From assembly GCA_049972095.1 (NCBI GenBank), contig JBMFKQ010000002.1:69021-88636 (forward strand): a DNA stretch of 19,616 nt. Reading direction: 5' to 3'. This document shows, in pieces, positions 7,555-17,145 of the stretch. The notes under the pieces were generated by a model. The model was not told the DNA's origin. It searched no databases and worked only from the letters and a program-made list of their open reading frames with translations. Each line of letters begins with the position of its first letter. Within the stretch, counting starts at the first letter, position 1. A program made the position numbers and the translations under genes. Origin of the DNA: Elusimicrobiales bacterium. Its GTDB lineage: Bacteria > Elusimicrobiota > Elusimicrobia > Elusimicrobiales > UBA9959.

Positions 7555-8951
7555 TAATTGATATACTTTTTGAAAAGATAGATGAGAATAATTATTTTAT
7601 ATCATCCCACAGCGGGGCAAATACATTTCTTAAAAAAAATGAATTTATATCAGTAGTTGAAAATAGAATGCCTTCATATCTTTTTAGAAAACTCTATACT
7701 CTTGGAATGATAGTTGGCAAAGAAAATGAAAAAAGATACATATCAAACTACCTTAAGCTCAATAGATACCTATTTTCTCCACCAACACTTCATATAGTCG
7801 TGCTTACAACAAAATGCAACCATGCATGCGTCTACTGCAGAGCAAAACCAGAAGGGACAAAAATCATTGATATGAATTTCAAAACAGCACAAAAAACTAT
7901 TGACTTTATATTCTCTGTTCCATCAGATCATATAACTGTTGAGTTTCAAGGAGGAGAATCTTTCATAAACTGGAAGGTTTTTGAGGAATCTGTATTATAT
8001 ATAAATGAGAAAAACAGAAAAAAAGCTAAGGATGTCCTTATAACCATTGTTACAAATCTCTCACTTATGAACAGCAAAAAACTTGAGTTTATAATGAAAA
8101 ATAATATATCGCTATGCACATCACTTGATGGTCCTTGTGAGATACACAATACAAACAGAATCTATTTTGCTCAAGATTCGTACAAAAATACTATTCTTTG
8201 GCTTTCAAAAATTATTAAGCTTACATCAACTATAAAAAAAGGACAACCCGATTCTCTTCCCTCAGCTCTAATGACTACCACAAGGATCTCACTTAAGAGA
8301 TGGAAGGAGATAATAGATGAATATAGAAATCTTTCTCTTGGTGGCATATTCATAAGACCACTCTCTCCAATAGGATATGCATCATCAAGATGGAACGAAA
8401 TAGGATATACCCCTGATGAGTTCCTTGAGTTTTATGAAAAATCTCTTGACTATATAATAGAAATAAATAGAGAAGAAAAATTTATTGAAAGAAATGCAGC
8501 CATAAAACTTAAAAAAATACTTTTTAACGAAGATCCAAACTATCTTGATCTAAGAAGTCCATGCGGATCAGTCATAGGTCAGATGGCTTATTATCCAGAT
8601 GGAGGTATATACACATGTGATGAAGGGAGGATGATAGAAAACAAAGGAGAAAACATCTTTAAAATTGGAGATGTTTTCTCTTCATCATATAAAAGTATAA
8701 TTAAATCGCTAAAATCAAAGGCTGTTATTTATAGTTCTAACATAGATATCTATCCTCAATGCTCAAGGTGTGCTTTTAAACCATATTGTGGGGTGTGCCC
8801 AGCTTTTAATTATTCTACAAAAGGCTCCCTTATCAATATAGATTTCTCAAATTATTGGTGTGTAATTGAAAAGGGTATTTTCAAGATACTTATAAAAAAG
8901 CTGATGAAAAGGGAGATAAAAGATATATTTATGAGGTGGTTTGATGCCTGA
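7551..8951 (+). CDS. hxsB: His-Xaa-Ser system radical SAM/SPASM maturase HxsB (copy 2)
   Basis: PTLHIVVLTTKCNHACVYC, VEFQGGE, FIRPLSPIGYA, YLDLRSPCGSVIGQMAYYPDGGIYTCDEGRM, CSRCAFKPYCGVCP. Clear full-length paralog of 1251-2720. Confidence 0.85.
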   Translation: MIIDILFEKIDENNYFISSHSGANTFLKKNEFISVVENRMPSYLFRKLYTLGMIVGKENEKRYISNYLKLNRYLFSPPTLHIVVLTTKCNHACVYCRAKPEGTKIIDMNFKTAQKTIDFIFSVPSDHITVEFQGGESFINWKVFEESVLYINEKNRKKAKDVLITIVTNLSLMNSKKLEFIMKNNISLCTSLDGPCEIHNTNRIYFAQDSYKNTILWLSKIIKLTSTIKKGQPDSLPSALMTTTRISLKRWKEIIDEYRNLSLGGIFIRPLSPIGYASSRWNEIGYTPDEFLEFYEKSLDYIIEINREEKFIERNAAIKLKKILFNEDPNYLDLRSPCGSVIGQMAYYPDGGIYTCDEGRMIENKGENIFKIGDVFSSSYKSIIKSLKSKAVIYSSNIDIYPQCSRCAFKPYCGVCPAFNYSTKGSLINIDFSNYWCVIEKGIFKILIKKLMKREIKDIFMRWFDA

Positions 8952-9837
8952 CATATCACTGTGGAATAAATGTAATAACAGATGCATAATGTGCACAAAT
9001 CCAAGAGATTATTCTAATTCAGATCCATATGGTAATTATGATTTAAAAACCCAGATAAAAAAAATAAATCTTTACCTTCAAGGTAAAGATGATGTTTTTT
9101 ACCCAAACCACAAAAGAAAAGACTATATAAACATAACAGGTGGAGAGCCAACCCTTCATCCAAATTTTTTTCATCTTATAAGATACTTTTCTGATAAATT
9201 TAAAAAAACACCAATAACACTTTTAACAAATGGTAGAAGGTTTTCGGATGAAACATTTGCTAAAAAATTTTCAGCAATAACAAATGAAAGATTTACTGCT
9301 GCCATAAGTATTCATTCATACAGATCTGATGTCTTTGACAAAATAACAGGAGTAAAAAAAAGTTATCATCAAACAATATCAGGACTTATGAATCTTATGA
9401 AATACTTTTGTGGAAGTATAGAGATAAGAACTGTTGTTCATAAACTCAATATAGAAGATTTAAAACAAACCATTCTTTTTGTAAAGGATCTAATGATAGC
9501 TTATAGAAATTGGTATCATGTTATTATACACTATGAGATAGAAGGAGTTGGTGAGGAAAATAGAAAAATAATAAAACTCAAACTTTCAGACTCTGCAAAG
9601 GTAATAGAAGAAATTGATGAAGATATATTAAAAGCATCAAACATAAGACTTTATCATTTTCCACTTTGTATACTTAATCCGAGACTCAGAAGATATGCAT
9701 GGAAAACACTTCCAGATAATGAGATTATTTTTACAAAAAAATGTGAAAAATGCATTTTAAAAAAGAAATGTCTTGGACTTATGAAAAGATATTATGAACT
9801 TTATGGAGACGATGAGCTTAAAACAGTTTGTAGATAA
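8944..9837 (+). CDS. hxsC: His-Xaa-Ser system radical SAM maturase HxsC (closest to the canonical form)
   Basis: CNNRCIMCTNP, ITGGEPTL, LLTNGRRF, EIRTVVHKLN, EIEG...N, LYHFPLCIL...AW, CEKCILKKKCLG. Immediately follows hxsB as in canonical hxsBC pairs. Confidence 0.8.
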   Translation: MPDISLWNKCNNRCIMCTNPRDYSNSDPYGNYDLKTQIKKINLYLQGKDDVFYPNHKRKDYINITGGEPTLHPNFFHLIRYFSDKFKKTPITLLTNGRRFSDETFAKKFSAITNERFTAAISIHSYRSDVFDKITGVKKSYHQTISGLMNLMKYFCGSIEIRTVVHKLNIEDLKQTILFVKDLMIAYRNWYHVIIHYEIEGVGEENRKIIKLKLSDSAKVIEEIDEDILKASNIRLYHFPLCILNPRLRRYAWKTLPDNEIIFTKKCEKCILKKKCLGLMKRYYELYGDDELKTVCR

Positions 9838-10999
9838 CCTGAGTATTTTTCTATTTTATGCATCAGCATTCTTTTACATAACATGGGGAATTTTTATTAT
9901 AAAGGAAGATTTTGAAACAGGAAAGATAAAAAATTCACATATCATCTTAGCATTTAGATTTACACTTTTTATGCTTTTAATACAACTAACACTAACTCTT
10001 CTTGGAAGCTATGGATATATCAGCAATTACTTAACAAATCAGTTTTACATATACTATTTTTATAATCTCATACAGTCTGCAATCTTTTCATACATACTTT
10101 GGTATGGGGAGGTATGGCCTGCTGGGGATTCAAAGTTTTATACTGCAAATATGGTAATAATCCCTCTTATAAATCCTCAACTACGAGGATTTCCACAATC
10201 TTTATGGCTATTATGCCTTATAAACATATTTATAATAGCTGCTTTTTTTTCTATCTATTCATATGTAAAGGAAAACAGCACAATGCTTAGAAAAGGAGAT
10301 AATGATGCATTCAAAGAAATAAAAGAATATTACAAAAATGAGTTAAAGGAATCTTTAAAACTTAAACCTCAAAACCTTTTTATGATATTCTCACTTTTCT
10401 CAGTCTTCTCATATAAACAGACACTCAACCTCCTTCTTCAAAACTACATCTTTAACATCTTTCACAGAACAGACATATTCTTTTTTCTTCTTTACTTTCT
10501 ATGGCCTAAGATATCAACAATGTTTAGATCAAAGATCTGGAAGTACATAATGTTTGTTTTTTATGTCTGGCTTTTAATATATGCATTACTGTCTCCACAA
10601 TCATATGAGATAATAAAAAATATAATAATAACTGCTATAAAAAACACTTTTAAGTTTGCAACAATCTTTACTGTTGGAAAAATAATATTTGAAAAGATAA
10701 TAGAAGCCCACAATATATTCTATGCCTCAAAGGATGAGATAAAGCCTGGTATGATCCTTTCATCATATGAGCTTGGAATAATCAAGAAAAATGAGGTATT
10801 TAATGGAATCTTTGATGATCTTTTTAAGGATGGGCTTAGTGAAGAGCAGGTTGAGGTTCTTAAGAAATGGATGGAAAATCATCCTAATAAAAATGTTAAG
10901 CTAAGATTTGTAAGAGCAAAACCATTTGCATTCAATATATTTATAGGGTGTCTGATGCAGATAATAATTAACAAAAATCTGCTTAAGCTAATATTATGA
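9794..10999 (+). CDS. Polytopic membrane protein, putative A24 (prepilin/preflagellin peptidase-like) GxGD aspartic protease
   Basis: Many hydrophobic segments. First-Asp motif EDFETGKIKN (D39), second WPAGDSKF (D112), and C-terminal EIKPGMIL...GLSEEQV...PFAFNIFIG resembling FlaK-type A24 C-termini. Start codon uncertain (9794, 9803 or 9812). Confidence 0.7.
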   Translation: MNFMETMSLKQFVDNLSIFLFYASAFFYITWGIFIIKEDFETGKIKNSHIILAFRFTLFMLLIQLTLTLLGSYGYISNYLTNQFYIYYFYNLIQSAIFSYILWYGEVWPAGDSKFYTANMVIIPLINPQLRGFPQSLWLLCLINIFIIAAFFSIYSYVKENSTMLRKGDNDAFKEIKEYYKNELKESLKLKPQNLFMIFSLFSVFSYKQTLNLLLQNYIFNIFHRTDIFFFLLYFLWPKISTMFRSKIWKYIMFVFYVWLLIYALLSPQSYEIIKNIIITAIKNTFKFATIFTVGKIIFEKIIEAHNIFYASKDEIKPGMILSSYELGIIKKNEVFNGIFDDLFKDGLSEEQVEVLKKWMENHPNKNVKLRFVRAKPFAFNIFIGCLMQIIINKNLLKLIL

Positions 11000-11919
11000 G
11001 GAAATTAAAAAAACTTGTAATATTCCTTGGCTATTCATGTAGCAACAACTGTGTCTTTTGCATAAACAGTCAAAGAAGAAACAAAATAAAAGACAAATCA
11101 ACACATGAGGTTTTAAAGGAGATCTATCTTGCTGCGAAAAAAGAAAAGGTTGATATTCTTGAACTGATAGGTGGTGAGGCAACAATAAGAAAGGATTTTT
11201 TTGAGATAATATCTACGGCAAAAAAACTCAAGATTCCAGATATAGTTATTGCAACTAATGGTAGAGCATTTGCAGACATAGACTTTTGTAAAAAAGCCTT
11301 AGAAGCCGGACTTTCTACCATAATATTTTCAATACACGGACATACACCACAGCTTCACGACAAACTTACAAGATCACCTAAGGCATTTTCTCAGATGATG
11401 AAGGGTATAGAAAACCTTAAAAAAATAGGTTTTTCAAGGATAAACGCTAACACAACAGTGGTCAAAACAAACTATAGATACCTTCCAAAAATAGCATTTC
11501 TTCATATAAAACTTGGAATAAGAGATGTTGAATATATATTTGTTGATCCCCAAGAAGGCGGTGCTAATGAAAATTTTGATAAGCTTGTGCCAAGAATATC
11601 AGATGCCTCAATTTATATGAAAAAGGCACTTGAAATAGGGATAAAAAACGGCTTTAATCACTGGAAGGTAAGGTATGTTCCACTATGCTACTTTTCAGAT
11701 TATCTTGACTACATTAGCGAGATAAATGAAGCAAAGCTTTTTAAATCAAAACACTGGGCACCTGATTTTAAGGATGATGATGTAGTTAAATCAAGGAAAA
11801 AATACGGGAGAACAAAGACAGAAAGATGTATAGGATGTAAGCTATATAATCTCTGTGAGGGAATATGGAAGGAGTATATAAAAAAATATGGAGACAGCGA
11901 ACTAAATCCAATAAAATAA
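10996..11919 (+). CDS. HxsC-like radical SAM protein (paralog of 6646-7554)
   Basis: CSNNCVFC, LIGGEAT, ATNGR, SIHGH...HDKLT, NTTVV..NYRYLP, VPLC, CIGCKLYNLCEGIWKEY...YGDSELNP. Confidence 0.85.
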   Translation: MRKLKKLVIFLGYSCSNNCVFCINSQRRNKIKDKSTHEVLKEIYLAAKKEKVDILELIGGEATIRKDFFEIISTAKKLKIPDIVIATNGRAFADIDFCKKALEAGLSTIIFSIHGHTPQLHDKLTRSPKAFSQMMKGIENLKKIGFSRINANTTVVKTNYRYLPKIAFLHIKLGIRDVEYIFVDPQEGGANENFDKLVPRISDASIYMKKALEIGIKNGFNHWKVRYVPLCYFSDYLDYISEINEAKLFKSKHWAPDFKDDDVVKSRKKYGRTKTERCIGCKLYNLCEGIWKEYIKKYGDSELNPIK

Positions 11920-12950
11920 ACAAGCTTTTTGTATATGTAACAAGCTCTTGTAATCTTAGATGCTCATACTGCTTTTATTCATCTTACAAAAAAAAGAAAA
12001 GCATATCTTTTGAAGCATTTAAAAGGGCATTTAAAAAGTTTTTAGACATATCAGAAAATCCAGAGGTTATTTTTATAGGTGGAGAGCCACTAATTGAAAA
12101 AGAAAAGGTAGTAAAAATGATGAGATATGCTGTGAAAAGTGCAAGAATAAGCATATTTACAAATGCAACGCTTATAGATAGAACCGTAGCAGATTTTATA
12201 AAACAAAACAATATAAATCTAATAGTAAGCATAGATGGAGATTTGAAAACAAATGATAGAAACAGAAGGTTTATAGGTTTTAAATCCTCGGTTTATAAAA
12301 GGGTTTTATCTGTGCTTGAAAAATATAACTTAAAGGACTACACATCAGTAAATATGGTTATAACCCCAAAAACTATAAATAGCCTTTCAAACAATATAAA
12401 ACATCTCTATGAAATAGGATTTAAATCCATAGGTATTTCCTTTGACTATTCATCTAACTGGTGTCAAAAATCAATCTTAATACTTAAAAAAGAGCTCAAA
12501 AAGGTTTTTATTGATTATCTTAAAATGATAAAAGAGCATAATGCATATAGATTTGCAAATATGTATGAAGTTTTTTATAAAATTAAGAATAAAAAAATAC
12601 CACCCTGCTCAAACCTAATACTCTTTCCCGACGGTAATTTTTATTTATGTGATAAAATAATATCTATGAATGAGAATGAGAGAAATCTTTTTAAAATAAA
12701 GAAGAATATCATCAGGGAAAGAGAAATCTTTTTTGATTTTATGAATAAAAATGAGATATCCTCATCACAAGGCTTCTGCCAGATTGGAATATATTTATAT
12801 CTGAAATATATAAAAAAATTGAATGATGATATAGTAAAACTGAGATTATTAGAAAAGTCTAAGCTTCAAAGCGAAATAGAAGAAATTTTAACAAATTATT
12901 TTACAAAACTACTTAAATTTAAATATTTTACAGAACTTCATAGAGTATGA
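11865..12950 (+). CDS. Radical SAM protein, third subtype (anaerobic sulfatase-maturase-like core with reduced auxiliary Cys set)
   Basis: YVTSSCNLRCSYC, FIGGEPL, VSIDG...NDRNR.F, PC...FPDGNFYLCD, GFCQIGIY. Similar to the two minus-strand enzymes. Confidence 0.82.
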   Translation: MEGVYKKIWRQRTKSNKINKLFVYVTSSCNLRCSYCFYSSYKKKKSISFEAFKRAFKKFLDISENPEVIFIGGEPLIEKEKVVKMMRYAVKSARISIFTNATLIDRTVADFIKQNNINLIVSIDGDLKTNDRNRRFIGFKSSVYKRVLSVLEKYNLKDYTSVNMVITPKTINSLSNNIKHLYEIGFKSIGISFDYSSNWCQKSILILKKELKKVFIDYLKMIKEHNAYRFANMYEVFYKIKNKKIPPCSNLILFPDGNFYLCDKIISMNENERNLFKIKKNIIREREIFFDFMNKNEISSSQGFCQIGIYLYLKYIKKLNDDIVKLRLLEKSKLQSEIEEILTNYFTKLLKFKYFTELHRV

Positions 12951-14119
12951 AAAACAACAATCAATGCTATGAGATACTCCTCAACTACTCCTGCAACGCT
13001 TCATGTATATTCTGCTCTCAAGCAGACTATGATAGAACTAAAAAAGCATCCTTTGATGATATAGTAAAGCAGATATATAAAGCAAAAAAAGAGGGATATA
13101 TTAAACTTGGCTTAAGTGGTGGTGAGCCAACAATTAGAGATGACCTCCCTCAGATAATAAAAACAGCAAGGAAAATAGGGTTTAGCTTCATAAGGATACA
13201 AACAAATGGAATACTTCTTGAAAATTACGAATTTGCTAAAAAACTTGTTGAAGCAGGACTAACATTCTGTAAATTTTCATTTACATCACATATACCAAAA
13301 ATACACAATATACTTGTGAAAAGAGAATATGCATGGGAAAAAGCAATGAAAGGTCTTGAAAATATGAAAAAACTTAAAGTAAGAATAGGAAACAACATAC
13401 TTGTAAATAAATGCAATATATTGAATATTGAGAAAACAGTTAAATTCTTCTTAGATAAGGGGGTGAGCAATTTTGTAATAATATATCCAATCTATACAGG
13501 CAATATGTATATAAACAGAGATATTGGGGTCTCGCTTGGAAAATGTAAAAAACATTTTTTAAACCTTATAGAAATGATGAAGAAAAACGGACTTTCTAAT
13601 GAAATACTTTTTCTAAATGTGCCACCATGTTTTCTTGATGAATATTATCAGCAAGCAATAGGGCTCTCCCCATTTAACACGCTTGTGACCTCACCTGATG
13701 GCAGAAGAATAGATCTAGATGAAAATGCAAATGAAGAAAAAATAAAGGGGAAGATATGTGAAAAATGCATGCTTTATAAAATCTGCAAAGGAGTGGATAG
13801 AAAATACATTGAGATATTTGGATGGGAGGATTTTATGCCACTTAAAAGCGAAAATGATAAAAAAAAGAAGCAAAAATTTTCAAAAGAGTACCTTACTGAT
13901 AACGAAAAATGTCTTATAGAAATACTTAAACGGAAAAACAATATAGATACTCAAACAGTTCTTAAGATAGCAAAGAAAATACCACTATGTCAGGATTGCA
14001 CAGATGGAAACAATGTGATTAATGCCGCTGCAAAGCTTGTTAATAAAAAAATAATACAAATGGAGTTTATAAAAGGAAAATACTACTTTAAACTATTAAA
14101 AAACCAGGAAAGCATTTGA
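12947..14119 (+). CDS. HxsC-like radical SAM protein with a C-terminal CxxC-containing winged-helix-like extension
   Basis: LNYSCNASCIFC (cf. 4462), LSGGEPT, IQTNG, NVPPCFL, CEKCMLYKICKG...FGWEDFMP, then about 75 extra residues LTDNEKCLIEILK...CQDC...KLVNKKII...GKYYFKL. Confidence 0.82.
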   Translation: MKNNNQCYEILLNYSCNASCIFCSQADYDRTKKASFDDIVKQIYKAKKEGYIKLGLSGGEPTIRDDLPQIIKTARKIGFSFIRIQTNGILLENYEFAKKLVEAGLTFCKFSFTSHIPKIHNILVKREYAWEKAMKGLENMKKLKVRIGNNILVNKCNILNIEKTVKFFLDKGVSNFVIIYPIYTGNMYINRDIGVSLGKCKKHFLNLIEMMKKNGLSNEILFLNVPPCFLDEYYQQAIGLSPFNTLVTSPDGRRIDLDENANEEKIKGKICEKCMLYKICKGVDRKYIEIFGWEDFMPLKSENDKKKKQKFSKEYLTDNEKCLIEILKRKNNIDTQTVLKIAKKIPLCQDCTDGNNVINAAAKLVNKKIIQMEFIKGKYYFKLLKNQESI

Positions 14120-14766
14120 ATTTTACATTACTATAAAAGAAATATTTAGTCTCTCTAATTGATTAACATTTAATTAACCTACCACAAAAGTAAGGTTAAA
14201 GATATGAAAATAGAGAAAATTGAGAGAAATTATTAAATAATATCAAAGAAAACAGAAAAAAGGAAAGTTGTTATCATATCATATTCAGGTGGAAAAAGAT
14301 TTTCATATTGCAATAATCAAACTAATTGAAAAAGAATTTTTTTCTGTTTTTCTAAGCCTATTCTTGGAGAAAGAAATTTAAGATACCTTAACTGTCCTGA
14401 CTTGAGTGAGCTAATTAAAATAGTAAAATAACTAAAAAACTTTTAGAAGCAAACAAAGAAAAACTTGAAGAACCATTATCTAATTTTTTTATAGACTGTA
14501 GTTGTTCAATTATCATTGTTTAAAGATAATACCCAAATTTTCATAGATCAAATTAAAAAAATTCTTCATCATTATTATTATTCCAAAACCTACTAAATCC
14601 AAGTTTATCTTAAATTAATTAGTAATTAAGCAAATCTTGAGACATAAAAATAAGATGTGGAACAATTTTAAATTTTGGATATTGGATTCTGGAACATTAA
14701 AAGATAATACTTATAAAATCAAACATAATTTAATTTTAGTGAAAAGATGATGGGTGAGAAGTGAAA

Positions 14767-14995
14767 TGTAAGACATAAGCAATTTTAAGTATTGGATGTT
14801 GAATTTCAAATTTCGGAGTATGACAGAAGAATGTAGTGTGCTGGTATTTATTTTTACACAATCTCATAAACAAAATACACATCTAAAGAGAGGAATAACT
14901 ATAAAGGTATTTTAAAAGTGGTGATTCTCTTTAGATAGAAAAAAGAAAACAAAGAATTAACCCCTGAAAGGTCCCAAAACATATGTAATCCTACA
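14767..14995 (+). mobile_element. Degenerate IS481-like remnant (TGT...ACA bounded)
   Basis: 14945-14995 matches the reverse complement of 19515-19565 at 37/51 positions ungapped (peptides ENKELTPERSQNICNPT vs ENKELTPENSKMYGDLT) and ends in ACA. Upstream FIFTQSHKQNTHLKR loosely resembles the integrase-core P.SP.QN.H.ER motif. The left boundary (tgtaaga at 14767) is tentative. Confidence 0.55.
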
Positions 14996-16076
14996 ACTTG
15001 AAATTTTTTATTATTTGTAGTAGAGATGCTGTATAAACGCGGGAAAAGTTTAATTGATTTATAAACCATTCTCGTGGACTTTGACCTGAAAATTTACAAA
15101 AGAAATATAAAGCCATAGGGCAATAAAAAAAAAGAAAAGAATCTTTAAAATTGTAGGTTATATATTTTTTTGCCTCTTTTAATAAACTATCCCTTTTATC
15201 CCATAAAATACCCTGCTTTATATTACCTATTGTAAAAGATTCATTATTACCCTTTGAAATAAATCTCATACACTCATCACATATATAATAATTTCCATCA
15301 GGGCCAACATTAATCTGTCTACACTCATGCCACCAGTATCTTCTTTCCAAATATTTTGTAACTCTTTTCCAAACATCTTCTATTTCTGGAAATGTTTTTG
15401 TTAGTTTATCCCATGTGAAATTTTCAGATAAAATAAAATGTTCAAATTTATTAAAACTGTGTTTTAAGTTAACTAAATCAACCTGTCTCCATTTAGTATA
15501 CATAACAGGAGTAAATCTTATTTCAGTAAAACCCAGTTTTAGTAATGATCTTATATTATTTGTAAAACTATTAAGAGTATTAATACTAAAAAACATTTTC
15601 GCATTTAATTGTGTGTGTTTCTTGAGTATAGGTATTACTCTTAATAATTTTTCATAAACTGAACTTTTGTTATTCAAAAATTGTCTATATTTATCATTTA
15701 TATTTCTCAAACCATCAATACTTACATAGATCTTTACTCCTTTTATGGTAAGGAATTTAATTCTATCCTCATTTAGGTTTGTCCCATTTGTTGTTATATC
15801 AATATTTATATCATAAGTTTTATACTTTAGCCTTATATAATCTATTATCCTTTCTATTGTTTTATAATACAAAAAAGGTTCTCCTCCAATTATAGAAATA
15901 TATTTGCGATTATAATTTGAAGAATAAATAATAAATCTGTCTATTGCTCTGTATAGCATAGCCACATCATCCAGCGTCTTTGAAATATTTTTATCTATAA
16001 AACAATATTTACACCTCATATTACATTCATTGGTCAGGTATAAATAAAGAGACTCTATATTATCAGCTTTGGTCAT
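14991..16076 (-). CDS. Radical SAM protein, third subtype
   Basis: YLTNECNMRCKYC, IIGGEPF, TTNG, VSIDG...NDKYR.F, WWHECRQINVGPDGNYYICDECMR, FFYCPMALY. Confidence 0.85.
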   Translation of the reverse strand: MTKADNIESLYLYLTNECNMRCKYCFIDKNISKTLDDVAMLYRAIDRFIIYSSNYNRKYISIIGGEPFLYYKTIERIIDYIRLKYKTYDINIDITTNGTNLNEDRIKFLTIKGVKIYVSIDGLRNINDKYRQFLNNKSSVYEKLLRVIPILKKHTQLNAKMFFSINTLNSFTNNIRSLLKLGFTEIRFTPVMYTKWRQVDLVNLKHSFNKFEHFILSENFTWDKLTKTFPEIEDVWKRVTKYLERRYWWHECRQINVGPDGNYYICDECMRFISKGNNESFTIGNIKQGILWDKRDSLLKEAKKYITYNFKDSFLFFYCPMALYFFCKFSGQSPREWFINQLNFSRVYTASLLQIIKNFKL

Positions 16077-17145
16077 TTAAACCTCTTTTGTAAATTTTAG
16101 ATACCTTTAGTAAGCCATTTACCATATTGATTGATATATCCAATAGGTGTCTCAATTTATAATAAGGATCTTCCTTACGATATTTACATAAAAAATATAA
16201 ACCTAAAGGACAATAAAAAAAAAACTGTGACCCTTTTATGTTTTTGATAACATATTCTCTTGCCTCTTCAATTAAAGACCTTCTCTTTTTAAAATCTATA
16301 CCTGTTCTTAAATCACCTACAACACCTTCGTTTTCTTCTAATGGTAGTCTCATACACTCATCACATACATAATACTTACCATCAGGACCAAGATTTAGCT
16401 GTCTACACTCATACCACCATGGAAGTGCTTTTTTAGTATAAAAAGGTAATCTTTTTAAAAAATCTTCAACATCTCGGAACTTAACATTTCTATATTTATC
16501 GACTATAATAGATATTTTCTCCAATTCTTTTTGTAACAATTTTAAAGACTTTTTGGAAAATTTTGTATATAGCTCAGCCAAGAGATGTATTTCTACAAAA
16601 CCTTTTTTAGCCATATATTCTATATTTTTGGAAAGAAAAGCTACATTTTTGGGAGTAACTACCATCTTTACACAAAAATCTTTAGATAAGTCTCTCCTCT
16701 GAAAAAGATTATTTAATATATTATGAACTGATTTAGATTTCTTTATTATAAACCTTCTATTTTCATCATTAACTTTCTTAATCCCATCCCAATTAACAGA
16801 TAAGTTAACTCTATATTTTTTAAACTCTTCTATTAAATTTTGGTTCAATAGTACTCCATTAGTGGTAAGCTCAAAGCTAAGATTCCGTACAGAAGAATAA
16901 TTCTTTACTAACCTAAGAATAGTATCAGAAATAAGCAATGGTTCTCCTCCTAAAAAAAGGATATGTTTAGTTGAACTTTTAGAAACTTTTAAAAAATAAT
17001 CAGTTGCATTTTTTAGATCTGTAAAAGAAAGTTTATATTTTCTTTTATCACTGAGATTATCCTTTAAGGCACAATACTTACATTGCAGATTGCATATATT
17101 AGAAGTATATATACTTAATTGATCTAAATTCTCCTTTTCAGTCAT
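16063..17145 (-). CDS. Radical SAM protein, third subtype (tandem paralog of 14991-16076)
   Basis: CNLQCKYC, FLGGEPL, TTNG, WWYECRQLNLGPDGKYYVCDECMR, FFYCPLGLY. Confidence 0.85.
   Translation of the reverse strand: MTEKENLDQLSIYTSNICNLQCKYCALKDNLSDKRKYKLSFTDLKNATDYFLKVSKSSTKHILFLGGEPLLISDTILRLVKNYSSVRNLSFELTTNGVLLNQNLIEEFKKYRVNLSVNWDGIKKVNDENRRFIIKKSKSVHNILNNLFQRRDLSKDFCVKMVVTPKNVAFLSKNIEYMAKKGFVEIHLLAELYTKFSKKSLKLLQKELEKISIIVDKYRNVKFRDVEDFLKRLPFYTKKALPWWYECRQLNLGPDGKYYVCDECMRLPLEENEGVVGDLRTGIDFKKRRSLIEEAREYVIKNIKGSQFFFYCPLGLYFLCKYRKEDPYYKLRHLLDISINMVNGLLKVSKIYKRGLNDQS

Noticed and set aside
14761..15001. Target-site duplication around the IS remnant
   Set aside because: The flanks (gtgaaa and acttga) do not match, so an intact MITE insertion cannot be claimed.
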